Positions 33,322 through 43,802 of a stretch of 64,000 bases of DNA are shown piece after piece. The notes below the pieces were generated by a model. It ran no database searches and was not told the DNA's origin. It saw only the letters and a list, made by a program, of their open reading frames with translations. The position numbers were made by a program, and so were the translations under genes. Origin of the DNA: Cyanophora paradoxa CCMP329 (lineage: Eukaryota; Plantae; Glaucophyta); the NCBI GenBank assembly GCA_004431415.1, contig QPMI01000436.1:310001-374000 (forward strand), in the 5' to 3' direction. Position 1 is the stretch's first letter; every line of letters begins with the position of its first letter.

Positions 33322-34650
33322 ATCACGTGGGGCTTGTAGTGCGCGTCGCGCGCGTGCAAGCACCAGCCGGAGCGCGTGGTGTCGATGCGGCCGTCAATGC
33401 ACATGATAGTGCCGATGCCGATCAGCATGTCTGCGTCCGGGCCGAGAGTTCCGTCCGGCACGACGTGCACGGCACGCGAGACGTAGACGTCGCCAAAGCG
33501 GAGAACTACGTGGGCTATTTCAGCCTCGATCGTCGCGTGGTGCATGAAGGCACGGAGCGTCTTTGTGCCGGTGTAGCGGGTGCCCTTAGGCATCATCCGC
33601 CGCTCGGCCACTTCACCCATTGCGCCAGTATCGAAGATAAACTTGACGCGAATCCAATCGCCCAGCGTGCCGTCGGGGCCGAGGGCGTACACATACCCAT
33701 GGCACTGGAGCAGCAGCCGGCGAAAATCATGCGGCAGCCCGTTAATCCCGTCGATAACTCGACCAATCGGGACCGGGGCCGGAAGCTGGCTGGAGTCGGG
33801 ATCGGAATCCGCGGACTCAGGCTCGGCAAAATCAGTAGGCCGATCAGGGCCGTAGCCAACGAGCTCGTCCGGGGCCGGCGCAGGGAAACGCAGGTGAGCC
33901 TGCTGCGCAGCGCTCGTGGCATGGAGCGCAGTGGAACGAGCCGCGGGTAGGCCGCCGACGTGCTTGCGGGACGGGCCGTCGGGGCGGTGCACGGGGACAA
34001 AGGCCGTGTTGTCATGATCGAGCTGCATCGCGGCAAGCTCGGGAGGCTGGAGGGCCGCAGCCGTTGTGTACTCGGGGTCGCTGGCAACCCGCTGAATGCG
34101 AGTGCCAGGGGCGGAGCCGTTGACGTAGCCTTTGGCGCCGAGGGCCATTGCGTGGCCGATGCACGCGATGAGCTGCTGCTCATGTTTCTCGAACGGGCGG
34201 ATCGAGGGGTCGGAGGCGCTGTGACGCCGAGCAGCCGCGTTGAGCTCGTCCCATTGCGGGCTGCTAAGTGGCTCGCCCAAGATCGTAAGGTCCTCGCCCG
34301 CGACATTGGCGATCGAATTCAAGTAAGTGCTAAGCAGCTGCGCATTCGGCGGCTGCTTCGCGAGCTCAGTTGACATCATGGCACACCAGTTTTGCACGCG
34401 CCGATAGTGCCGTGCGCCGTCGACGGCGGAGCTGGCGGCCTGAGCGATGAGACGCTGGCGCAAGGGGGGCGGCGGCGCTTGCTGCGGGCGAGCGCTCGAA
34501 CTGGCCGCGGCGGGCCGGAACGATGAGGAGCTGGCCGCGGCCGGCTGCTGCGCAGCGGGTGCGTAGATCTCTTGGCCCCAACCGTACCCGCCGGACCCGT
34601 ACATTTGGGGCTGCAGCGGCGGCGGCGCCTGCTGCCAGGCCGGGGTTGGG
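33216..34650 (-). CDS. Aspartic protease-containing segment, probably the C-terminus of the giant Gag ORF
   Basis: KFIFDTGA active site and DMLIGIG motif. It is +1 relative to ORF1, with the join at a C run near 34642-34656. Confidence 0.85.
33265..33321 (-). promoter_or_regulatory. Programmed -1 ribosomal frameshift signal (slippery heptamer plus pseudoknot)
   Basis: C CCT TTT in the protease frame (33321-33315), 5-nt spacer, 12-bp stem CCCGGGCAAGCA/TGCTTGTCCGGG, and loop AGGGC complementary to downstream GCCCT. The -1 frame is the pol ORF. Confidence 0.85.
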
Positions 34651-37600
34651 AGGGGGCGCCGTGGCCGGCGGGCGCGAGGCCTGGGCCTGGCGCGGAGCCT
34701 GTGACTGGCGCGAGGCCTGGGCCGGCTGCACGGGGGCCGCCTGCGCCACGCGCTCTGGGTGCGGCGTCGGCGCAAGCGCGAAGCCGCGGCGCAGTGCCTC
34801 GGTACGCGCGAAGTTGAGCAGGTTGTCCGTCGGCATCAGTACCGGGACACCGAGGATTCCGAGCTGCTCGCGGAGCTCGTCATCGGTCATGTTCGCGATC
34901 TCCGGGGGCACCGGGCCGAGGCGGTGGCGCATGTGCGCCGGCCCCACAGGTCCCTTACGGGCAGGAGATTGCGAGTCGTCGCGCGCACGCTTGTGGCTAG
35001 CCGGCGTCGCCTGGCTTTGCGACGGGCTCGCGATCGGCGACGCAGTGCTACGGGTGGGGCTGCGGTCGCGGGACGAGGGCGTGGATGCCCCAGCCCCTGG
35101 AGCTCCGTGCGAGCGCGCGAAGATGTCGAGGGGATCACGGCCGTTCCATGCGCGGACCGTGCCGGCAGGCAAACGGTAGTGGAACGGCGTGATCGCGATG
35201 CGCGAGGGGCCCAGCGCGGGTGCCATCTCAAGCGCGGGGAACGGCGCATCGGCCGTGCGCACAGTGTCGAGGACCGGAGCGGCGGTCAAATGGTTGAGCC
35301 GCAGGGTCGGGACAGGCGATGTGGACCCGGCCATGAGCGGCCAAAGAGTTTTGTATATTTCCTGGGTCCAATCGCGGAAAGCATCGCGAACCTGCTGCTG
35401 CGCGCAGGGCGGGTGACGAGCGTACTGCTCGTGGTAATTGTTGGCATTTGTAAAGCCGCAGGTCTCGCGGAGGGCCTCCGAGACGCCCAGAGCCGACGTT
35501 TCGGCGGGCAGCAGGCGCTCGAGGAAGCGCAATGGGAGGTACGGCGCATCGGCCGACTCGGAGGTGGACGGCGTGGTCTCGGAGACCGTGAGGGCGAGCT
35601 TCAGGCGCTGGAGCGTGCCAGAGCTCCAGAGCTGGCGAAGGGCGTTCAACAGCGCGGCGCGCTTGTCGGGAGCCCCGCCCCACCACACGTCAGTGCCGGG
35701 CACCGACGGGGGCTGGGGCGCCTGCGGGAGGCGCGGCATAGCGAGCCACAGCAAGGTGCCGAGCGGCACCCAGCAGGCTTGCGCGAGCTCAGCGGAGTCG
35801 TCAGCGCGGGCGACGGCGTGGCCCTGCTGCGCTTCGACCTTGACGGAAAACAAGGGATTGCCATCCGAGCCCGTGGCGCGCTGGCCGACGCGCGTGCCGA
35901 CAATGGAACGCGTGTCGGGAGACAGGAGAACTTCGCGCAGGAAGTCATAGACCGCGGGCACCAGCAGGACATGGTGCGGAATCTCAGCGGCGGTTTTTGG
36001 GTCAGCCGCGACAGAAGCGGCCGGACGTCGCATCATGATATGCGAAACCATGGCCAGCACGAAGCCGGCAAGAATGCCTGCGAGGCGCTCGCGAACAGGG
36101 ACGGCTTCCCACGTGTTCGGCGGCGGGTGCGCGGGCTCCGGGGGCGCATTGCGGCCCGGGGCATGCTCGTGCTTGCGGGCATTCAAATTTTCACGGCCAA
36201 GCGCGTAAACGCGCTGAGGGAGGCCAGCAAGGCGGCGATCAATCTCTCCAGCGGGCGGGGAGTGCATAGCCGTGTGGGTCGGGCCGCTACAAGCCGTCGC
36301 CTCCACCGAGCCGGTCGGTTGGGCGAGGACCATCTCGTGGAAGGTGCGCAAGTTTGTGAAGACATCCTGCGCGCTGCGCGACAAGGCGGGGTCGCCTGGG
36401 ACGAGGGCGCGGAATCCGGCCGCCCTGTTTCTCACGGGAGAGAGGATACCGGCGGCGCGCCCGAAGCGGCCTTCGCGGTATGCGCGCAGCTGTGCATCAA
36501 GCCGCTCGCGATTGAAATGCCCATGCGAGGCGTGCGTGCTGATGGCACAGTGGGTCCCCCGGAATATGTGAATGAGGATTGAGTTCAAGCAAAGGTATGC
36601 CGAGAGCCAAGGGCTAGCATTCTCGCGCGAGGCGCTCGGTTGCGAAGCAAGCCAGCGCATGACGTCATTGGGAATGCCGGCCATAGTCGGGGCATACAGG
36701 GCGCCTTGCACCGCCGCGGCCGACAGCGAAGCAGTTGCAATGGGGCCCTCGATGCCGTAAAGCATCATGCAGGCGGGTATACCGCGGTTGTGACCGGGCA
36801 CGTTCGAGAGAATCGTGGCCACGAGAGCGTGGAAGGCAGAGTAAGCATCGTGCCCATCCGGGTGATAGAGGCAGCTAGCCGGCGGCACCGCTCGAGGCAC
36901 GGCGTTCGGGCCAGCCGAGTCTTTGCCGGTGGCAGCGGCAGCATCCGCGACGGCCGTCGCCGCAGTCGGCGGGAGCGTCGGGAAGAACGGGAGCGCGGCC
37001 CAGTGGGACGCGTTGGTAACAACGCTCGCGAGCTGGGGCTCGGGGTCGGCTAAGAGGCGGAGGAAAGCGTTGCTCACCCTCACGCGCTCATCCTTTGCGT
37101 CGTACCAGGTCCCGGGCTCGGCTTCCGGGGCGACCTTGCCCTTTTCTTTGCGGTCGGTGACGGGCGGCGCGCTCGGGCCGGGGACGGCGTCGGCGAGCGG
37201 GGTCTGCCACTGAATGTGGGACTCAGACCGCTTCGTGCGCCCGTCAGTGTCGCTGTCGGCGTCGCCGGCAGCGACGACAGCATCAAGCGATGGGCTGGGA
37301 GGCTGCGGGGCGTCGGCGCCGGCCTCTGCATCAGCGCCAGCCGCTGCATCAGTTTGCATAGGCTCCGCGGAAGGGTCCGCGGGCGTCACGGGCGCAGGCG
37401 CGCGGAGATCAGCCATAGGGGGCTCCCAAACGCCAGCATTTGCGAGCATGGCGGCGTAAGAGGGCTGCGCGAGCCAAGAGCGAGAGTCGTCATACGCCGC
37501 GAGATCCATGACATTGGGACACGGCTCGCGGTCCGACTGCTCAGCAGCGGTGTTGAGCTTCGCGGACAAATAGGGCAAGCGGGCTTCGTCATAATAAAAG

Positions 37601-40600
37601 GCGACGTCTTCCGGCAGCTTTTGCTGCTCGGGCGGGACATAGTCCGTATACCCGGCCTCAGGCTGGTGCGGCCAAGCGCTGACCAGCCATCGCGCGTGCG
37701 AGGGCACGGGGTCGACGACATTGAGCGAGGGGCCCCTGCCCTTCGTAGCCGGGTCGCGGTTTGCAACATAGTACGGCGGGAGCGCGCGCACGTCCATCTG
37801 GTGGCGGTCCAGGAAGAACGTGTCCCAGTACTCGCTATTCCAGTCGTCGACGTTGGCCGGGAAGCCATGGATAGGCAGGATGCGACCGTCGCGGAGCGCG
37901 TGCAGCTCCCAGGTGGCGACGGCGCGGCGCAGTGCGGCGTAATTGGCGGGGTGCCGATCAGGCATTCGCAGCTGCGGCTCGAAAGTGTTCCAGATAGGCA
38001 GCCGCCCGCGCGCGTGCCACTGGTCGAAGCGCTTCCACGGGGGCTGGTTGAGCTCATCTTTCAGCCACTTGCGCAGCGTGTGGCCCGTGGGCAAGGTGAC
38101 ATTGTGCAAGTCCGGGTTCTGGTCGGGCGAGAGGCCGCTATTTGCCAACCAAGCCTGGACTGCGTCCTCCGCCCAGAGGCGGGACGGAGCATCGCAGAGC
38201 TCGCCCTCCATTTCGAAAAGATGGAGGTCGATGCCCTCACGCACGAACAGAGCGTGGTGCATGCGTGCAAGGTCGTCCTCGGCGATGCCCTCGGGCGGGG
38301 TGGGGGAGGGGGGAGCCGCAGGGGCGCGCTTCTTGTCCCCCTGATCCTCCTCATCATCCTCATCCTTGTCGTCGGCGGCGGCGCGCTTACGGCCGGCACG
38401 GGTGGTATACCGGAGCGGGATGGCCGGGTGGCCAGTCGCCTGCTCGATAGCGCCGCCCTTGCGGGTGGCAGTGCCGGTAGCGCGGCGCGGCCTGCCGCTG
38501 CCGCCGCCCTTCTTCCCTGCGGCCTCGAACACGAGCGGCGGATCGTAATGAACCGCGCGCTCGAGGACCGAGAGAACGATCTGGGAGCGCTCGGTGTAGC
38601 TGGGGTCAATGTACGGGCCCGAGCAAAACACGTCGCGCGTTTTCATGACGGCCCAGGGCCAGACATGCTTGATCGCCGCGTTATCGATTGAGAGATGCGT
38701 GCAGCGGCGATCAATCGCGGCTTTGAGGCGCTCGGCCAGAGCCGGATTGTCCAAGAAGACCATCTGAGCCATGTGGCGGGTAACTGTGAACCGCTGCGGG
38801 AGAGCGAGAGTCACGAGCTCCATGCCGAACCCCACCGGCGGCAGGTGCGGGAAGTCGCGGAAGCGGAAGAACGTCTTGTCTTCCGGGCAGGTGCGCGCCA
38901 CAGTGACCGTCGGTACACCGTGATAATGGCCCATGCCGTACAGCCAATCCGCAAACAGAACCCCGGGGTGGCTCTTTTCATTGTTATCGAGCAGATAACG
39001 GAGGCGCGCATTGGCCTTTTTCGCGGGAAGCTTGACGGCGCGGTAGCCGTCGAGCTCGATTTCGAGGCGCGCAAGCTCATAGAGAGGCGCGGGCGGCAAC
39101 TCGCCATTGATGTAGCGGTTGCGCCGCTTCAAGTACGTGAGCGCGACGCGCTCGCGGATGTCGCGGTCGGAGTGCTCGGCAACGCAGAAGCAGCCGGCGC
39201 TGGCGACCGTCGCGAGGCGCTCGGCCATGTCGGTGAAAGTGGAGACGGGCGGCGCCTCACCGCGCGGGCGGATCCAATCGAAATGTGAATCCTTGGCATA
39301 GTTCGCGTTGCCCACTTTCACGACTTCGAGGCTGCGGAACCGAATGATTCCCAGCAGCAGGTGCACGCAGACGTGCAGGAAATCAGCCGGGCTCTCGCAC
39401 TCGGCGCGCAGGAGCGCAAGCGCAGTGCGGGCGGCCAGGTGGCCAGAGGGCGGAGCCGGGCTATTGTAAGCCGCATACATCGTCATGTGGCGCGGCATCG
39501 GCGCCGTCTCGCGCGCATCTTCGGGGCAGTGCCACTGGAGGCTGAACTGGCCCAGGATGAACGCGCTGGTGTTCAGGAGCGAGAGCAGGTTCGTCTGTTT
39601 CTCCTCCGAGAACTCGCAGCTGGCGAGGCCGAGCTTGCGCATGGGGCTGGACGGCTCGTTGCCGTACCAGGCGGTCAGCATCTCCTCCCAGAAGCGGGCG
39701 CGCTCGGGTGCGGGGCCCGGGGTCTGGCCCGCGTCGAGCGAGGGGCGGACCTGACGGTAGACGTCATGGTACTGCTTCTGCAGATCGAGAATTTCCTGGG
39801 AGGACCCGAGGCCGAAATCGCGATCGGCGATGCTCGCGACCGCGAGGATGATGCCCATGAGCCGGTTAAGCTCGTGCGGGCCCGTCATACTGAGCATCAC
39901 CCGAGTCGGTAAGTCCAGGCCGCAGGCGGCGAGGATCAAATTGTGGGCCTTGCTAACGCCGCCGTCCTGCACTGGGAGGAACTCGATCAGGCGGTGGTCC
40001 TTCGCGAAGGACTGAGTGAAGAGCACGGCCAGGGCGCGCTGGAGCGCGACGGCGTTGGTCGCGAGGCTGGCGTACCAGCTCGCGCGCGTGCTGAGCAGGG
40101 GTCCGAGGCCGCCGATTTCGCGCAGGAAATTGCGGTCCTCGGCCCACGGCCCGAGCTCGAAGAGCGTGTCCTTAGGCAGGAACACGTAACGGCCCTTCTC
40201 GTGCGCGGCGACCGCCGTGGCGAGACCCCAGCGCACGCGCTCGCTGGCGGAGGAAGCCAGGGACTCAGCGCGCAGGGACGCAGAGCTCTCAGAGTCCGAG
40301 TCGTCCGAGAGGGCCTTGCGGAGCTCGTGCCGCAGTTCGGAATCAATTTTCTCGGTCGCGCGCGCGTGATCCGGGATCGTGAAAACGATTCCACGGGCAT
40401 CATTGTCGCTAGTGGACGGGCCCAGGTCTTCCAAGAGGCCTTTGGCATGGATTTCCTCCGTCATGAAGGCAGCAAGGGCCTTGGTGTACTGCCCGGGCGA
40501 GCGCGGGGCGGCACGACCGATGTTGTCGCCCTCAGGGAGAGCGTCAGCCTCCTTCTCGCTCAGGACGTATTTGTCCGAGCTGGAGACGGGGGAGATCACC

Positions 40601-42768
40601 GAGGCCGACTCGCTCTCGGGGCGGGCGGGGCTAGCGGCGTCAAGGGCGCGCTCAAACTCGGCTTCACGCGCGGCTGCAATAACCGGCGTCTCCTCCTCGT
40701 CATTTTCGCGGTCAAACGCGGCCTGCGTGGCGCGCGCGACCTCCTCATCCTCCGCCGTCGGCTGGCGGAGGCCCGCGAGCGCGTCGTCCTCGAGCACGTC
40801 CACGAACGTGAGCTCAGAGCTCTCGGAGACGGGCATCACGCGGAGCGAACGGATCGCGGTGCCGGACGAACCGGGCTTGGGGTTGCCGCCCGCGGGCTTC
40901 GGAGCGCCCGGGGGCTGAGCGGGGGCGGCAGGAGCCGGGACGCGCGACTCGAGGTCGGCAAGGCGCTGGAGCGCATGCGCGAGGCCTTCGCGGTCGGCGC
41001 CGGTGTTGGTCGTCTCGGGCGGGGCCGAGCGAGACTCATTCTGCTGCTGGCAGTCGCTGGCGTAGTGCCCAGCGCCGCCGCAGCGATTGCAGATGGTGTT
41101 GGGGCCGGCCTGGCGCCAGCCACCACCGTGGCCGGCGCGGTTGCCGCCGGGGCCCCCGCCGCGGGGCGGGCCGCCGTACCCCTGGCCCTGGCCACCGCCG
41201 TACCCCTGGCGCTGGCCTTGGCCCTGGCCCTGGCCGGGGCCACCGCGGTGACCGCCGTAGCCACTGCGGGGCTGGCCGTAGCCGCCACGGCCCTGGTTGT
41301 AGCCGCCGCGGTTCTGCTCGAAGGAACCGCGTGCAGCGTACCCCCCGCGGGGCGCGAAGCCACCGCGGTTCTGATTGAAACCCTCGCGCTGCGCGCCGCC
41401 GGACTGGTCGTCGCGGGCGCGCTTCCGCTCTGCCGGCGTCTCGGTCTGTTGGTGCAGCCAGTCGCGGTAGGGGATGCCGGGGAAGGGGGGAGGGGCTTCC
41501 ACCCAACGGCACTCCCACTTGAAGTGCATTTTCTCATCAAGCGAGAGGTGCTTGAGATACTTGCAGCACGGGCAGGGGAGCTGACTCGTCGCGGGGTACC
41601 CGAGGCGATCCGAGTCAGGGTGGCGGTTGGGAGCCTGGGGCTGCGTCACGGGGGCGCCGGCGGGCGCCTTGGTCCCGTGAGCAGGCTGCACGGTTTTGAC
41701 CGGGATTGCAGCCGGCGCCGGCTCGTCGGCGTCGCCCTCGTCCTCGCCCTCGGCGGCGGGCACCGGCTTGAGAGCCTTGACAGGCACCGCGCCCCGGGAG
41801 CGCTTCGGCTCCGGCTCAGCCGCGGGGCGCGACTCGGCCTGGAGGCGGACGGTGCGGCGGCCGTGGCGGTCGCACTGCTCCTCGAAGATCTTCTCAGCGC
41901 GCAGGGGCGTGAGATCGACCCCGAAGCGCGCGAACTCGCCGCGGAGCTCCTGCAGAATGTACGTCATCGTACTCTCATTCTGCCGAGCGTTGATCGCGGC
42001 GCGAACGTCGTAGTTGTCGTACTGCGGGTCTAGCCCGGTTTGGCGGCGCGAGAGCGCGTTCCCGATCACGGTGATCAGGTGCTCGGCGTAAGATTTGTCC
42101 ACCGGGCGCGTGTGGCGCACGTGCGGAGCGATCCAGTTCACCCACGTCAGCGGATCTTCGCCGGTGTACGCGGCGTTGATCGCTGCCTCGGCGACGTGGG
42201 GCAAGCCTTTAGTCACACGCTCAATGATGTACTTCTCAACGCCCGGGGCGCGCTGGAAAGTGTTGCGACCCGCCGCAATCTCAGCATCGAGACGCGCGAC
42301 TGAGTTCTCGAGCTGGAGAATCTCGGCCTCAGTCTCGGGGAGCCGGGCCTCGATGGGCAGGGCAGTCAGCACGGTGAGCCGCGCGAGCCTGCTAGTATAG
42401 TGATCCTTAGTCTCTTCCAGCTGGTCGCGCATGCGCTGCATCTGCGAGCGCAGCGAGCCCTTGCAGAGCTGAGAGACCATGAAGCCGCCGAGCGCTTCAA
42501 CCTTAGTCCAGTTATCGCCCTCCGGCTCATACGCATACTTGTGCGTCTGAGTCGCGACGAAAGTGCGTATCTGCTGGCGCCACTCATCGACTTCTTCGAT
42601 GGTCGGGTTCGCAGACAGCGGGGTGATGGCGGGCAAGCCCTTCGCATCAACCGCGGGCGCCGCAGCAGTCATCTGCTGAACGGCCACGCCGCTCGTGGGT
42701 GCGGACGAGTTGAGTGCGATCATGCGATCGCGCTCGCTCGTCGGCAGCTCAACTGGAAGCCGCGACAT
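34366..42768 (-). CDS. gag: Gag (capsid-like region, RGG tract, CCHC knuckle) fused to a very long extension of unknown function
   Basis: 2800-aa uninterrupted ORF at the 5' end of the element. CNRCGGAGHYASDC zinc knuckle, a second CxxC-x12-H-x4-C, and a Gly/Arg/Gln-rich tract. Confidence 0.88.
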   Translation of the reverse strand: MSRLPVELPTSERDRMIALNSSAPTSGVAVQQMTAAAPAVDAKGLPAITPLSANPTIEEVDEWRQQIRTFVATQTHKYAYEPEGDNWTKVEALGGFMVSQLCKGSLRSQMQRMRDQLEETKDHYTSRLARLTVLTALPIEARLPETEAEILQLENSVARLDAEIAAGRNTFQRAPGVEKYIIERVTKGLPHVAEAAINAAYTGEDPLTWVNWIAPHVRHTRPVDKSYAEHLITVIGNALSRRQTGLDPQYDNYDVRAAINARQNESTMTYILQELRGEFARFGVDLTPLRAEKIFEEQCDRHGRRTVRLQAESRPAAEPEPKRSRGAVPVKALKPVPAAEGEDEGDADEPAPAAIPVKTVQPAHGTKAPAGAPVTQPQAPNRHPDSDRLGYPATSQLPCPCCKYLKHLSLDEKMHFKWECRWVEAPPPFPGIPYRDWLHQQTETPAERKRARDDQSGGAQREGFNQNRGGFAPRGGYAARGSFEQNRGGYNQGRGGYGQPRSGYGGHRGGPGQGQGQGQRQGYGGGQGQGYGGPPRGGGPGGNRAGHGGGWRQAGPNTICNRCGGAGHYASDCQQQNESRSAPPETTNTGADREGLAHALQRLADLESRVPAPAAPAQPPGAPKPAGGNPKPGSSGTAIRSLRVMPVSESSELTFVDVLEDDALAGLRQPTAEDEEVARATQAAFDRENDEEETPVIAAAREAEFERALDAASPARPESESASVISPVSSSDKYVLSEKEADALPEGDNIGRAAPRSPGQYTKALAAFMTEEIHAKGLLEDLGPSTSDNDARGIVFTIPDHARATEKIDSELRHELRKALSDDSDSESSASLRAESLASSASERVRWGLATAVAAHEKGRYVFLPKDTLFELGPWAEDRNFLREIGGLGPLLSTRASWYASLATNAVALQRALAVLFTQSFAKDHRLIEFLPVQDGGVSKAHNLILAACGLDLPTRVMLSMTGPHELNRLMGIILAVASIADRDFGLGSSQEILDLQKQYHDVYRQVRPSLDAGQTPGPAPERARFWEEMLTAWYGNEPSSPMRKLGLASCEFSEEKQTNLLSLLNTSAFILGQFSLQWHCPEDARETAPMPRHMTMYAAYNSPAPPSGHLAARTALALLRAECESPADFLHVCVHLLLGIIRFRSLEVVKVGNANYAKDSHFDWIRPRGEAPPVSTFTDMAERLATVASAGCFCVAEHSDRDIRERVALTYLKRRNRYINGELPPAPLYELARLEIELDGYRAVKLPAKKANARLRYLLDNNEKSHPGVLFADWLYGMGHYHGVPTVTVARTCPEDKTFFRFRDFPHLPPVGFGMELVTLALPQRFTVTRHMAQMVFLDNPALAERLKAAIDRRCTHLSIDNAAIKHVWPWAVMKTRDVFCSGPYIDPSYTERSQIVLSVLERAVHYDPPLVFEAAGKKGGGSGRPRRATGTATRKGGAIEQATGHPAIPLRYTTRAGRKRAAADDKDEDDEEDQGDKKRAPAAPPSPTPPEGIAEDDLARMHHALFVREGIDLHLFEMEGELCDAPSRLWAEDAVQAWLANSGLSPDQNPDLHNVTLPTGHTLRKWLKDELNQPPWKRFDQWHARGRLPIWNTFEPQLRMPDRHPANYAALRRAVATWELHALRDGRILPIHGFPANVDDWNSEYWDTFFLDRHQMDVRALPPYYVANRDPATKGRGPSLNVVDPVPSHARWLVSAWPHQPEAGYTDYVPPEQQKLPEDVAFYYDEARLPYLSAKLNTAAEQSDREPCPNVMDLAAYDDSRSWLAQPSYAAMLANAGVWEPPMADLRAPAPVTPADPSAEPMQTDAAAGADAEAGADAPQPPSPSLDAVVAAGDADSDTDGRTKRSESHIQWQTPLADAVPGPSAPPVTDRKEKGKVAPEAEPGTWYDAKDERVRVSNAFLRLLADPEPQLASVVTNASHWAALPFFPTLPPTAATAVADAAAATGKDSAGPNAVPRAVPPASCLYHPDGHDAYSAFHALVATILSNVPGHNRGIPACMMLYGIEGPIATASLSAAAVQGALYAPTMAGIPNDVMRWLASQPSASRENASPWLSAYLCLNSILIHIFRGTHCAISTHASHGHFNRERLDAQLRAYREGRFGRAAGILSPVRNRAAGFRALVPGDPALSRSAQDVFTNLRTFHEMVLAQPTGSVEATACSGPTHTAMHSPPAGEIDRRLAGLPQRVYALGRENLNARKHEHAPGRNAPPEPAHPPPNTWEAVPVRERLAGILAGFVLAMVSHIMMRRPAASVAADPKTAAEIPHHVLLVPAVYDFLREVLLSPDTRSIVGTRVGQRATGSDGNPLFSVKVEAQQGHAVARADDSAELAQACWVPLGTLLWLAMPRLPQAPQPPSVPGTDVWWGGAPDKRAALLNALRQLWSSGTLQRLKLALTVSETTPSTSESADAPYLPLRFLERLLPAETSALGVSEALRETCGFTNANNYHEQYARHPPCAQQQVRDAFRDWTQEIYKTLWPLMAGSTSPVPTLRLNHLTAAPVLDTVRTADAPFPALEMAPALGPSRIAITPFHYRLPAGTVRAWNGRDPLDIFARSHGAPGAGASTPSSRDRSPTRSTASPIASPSQSQATPASHKRARDDSQSPARKGPVGPAHMRHRLGPVPPEIANMTDDELREQLGILGVPVLMPTDNLLNFARTEALRRGFALAPTPHPERVAQAAPVQPAQASRQSQAPRQAQASRPPATAPPPNPGLAAGAAAAAAPNVRVRRVRLGPRDLRTRCAAAGRGQLLIVPARRGQFERSPAASAAAPLAPASHRSGRQLRRRRRTALSARAKLVCHDVN

Positions 42769-43426
42769 GGCAGACTTTCACAGTGGCAAGTACAAGACAG
42801 ATCAAATTTGAGCACGAAGCTCTTTGAGGCCGAGTCGCCGCGTAAAACGCGGGATTTCGACGGCACAGACGACGATATGCTGCTTACGCAACACACCGGA
42901 GCGCGATCCGGGCTCGGAGGCCAGGGATCGGCGATGGCACAAAGTTGCCCTCGAGGGGAACTTCGGCGGCTCGACGTGCACGAGGGCGGTCGGCTCTAGC
43001 GCGGCGCGCGGCCGGCTCTTCAGCACGCAGGGCAAGAGTTCCGATTAAAGAACTCAAGCCAGCCAGTCTCCGGGGTCACCGGAGCGCAGGCCCTCACTTT
43101 TCGGCTACCGGGGTTGACCGGTAGCTTACTGTGAGCAAACGTGTGGGAATGACACTACGATGCTACGGTGCGCGTGCGCAGCGCGCGCGAAGGCGGGATC
43201 GCGAGCGACCCGACCTGACCCTTAAAGATTCAGCTCGTGGCAGTGGCGCCTGTCGCGTGCGGGAGCCGAGACGCGAGTCTCACATCGGAACGGCCCTCTT
43301 GGCTCAGTTGGTAGAGCTGTTGCTCTACGAGCCAAGATCCCCGGTTCGGATCCCGCGGACGGGATTTCGGAACGGAGGGGGAAGAGGCCGGGGGCGCGTT
43401 GTAAAAGAGAGCTCAAGCTCGATCAA

Positions 43427-43444
43427 ATTCCCGGCAGTGGCGCC
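43427..43444 (-). other. Primer-binding site, probably tRNA-Asp type
   Basis: GGCGCCACTGCCGGGAAT abuts the 5' LTR. It resembles the tRNA-Asp PBS (TGGCGCCGTTGCCGGGGA type) but lacks the initial T. Confidence 0.7.
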
Positions 43445-43802
43445 TGTCGCGTGCGGGATTAGTGGGGAAGCACGCGGGGAGGTTCCCGGTCGAGCGTGGC
43501 TCGACGGGGCTCAGTGGATCACGAGAAACCACAGTGCAAGCCAGTAGTATTGGTAGAACTGTGTACCCGGACAGACCCGGTACACGTACCCCTAGCTTGG
43601 AGTACTTCGGTCACTGACTCAGGGGAATAGCTGTACCCTGGCAAATACACGTGTTCGGCCGTGGCGTACTAACGCCGACATCGGCCCTAGCGGCCCGTAG
43701 GCAGCTCTGCAACTAGCAGCACGAAGGCTGCACCTAGCTACTAGTAAGGTAGCTGTACAAGCTCACGTTAGCGCTAGGACAGCGCTAATCCTGAATGCGA
43801 CA
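43445..43802 (-). repeat. 5' LTR (358 bp)
   Basis: Direct repeat of 26303-26660, followed by the TSD GCCGT. Confidence 0.97.

Larger units (their letters stand above)
26303..43802 (-). mobile_element. Full-length giant Ty3/Gypsy LTR retrotransposon (17.5 kb)
   Basis: Two 358-bp LTRs (TGTCGC...GCGACA), 5-bp TSD GCCGT at 26298-26302 and 43803-43807, PBS, PPT, and domain order gag-PR-RT-RH-IN. Confidence 0.97.

Noticed and set aside
27733-42033. Long plus-strand ORFs antisense to gag/pol (584, 607, 491 and 696 aa)
   Set aside because: Shadow ORFs expected from GC-rich codon usage on the coding strand; no motifs.
43293-43380. Functional tRNA gene
   Set aside because: The D arm and A/B boxes are present, but the anticodon and T stems do not pair properly. 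Reported only as tRNA-derived.
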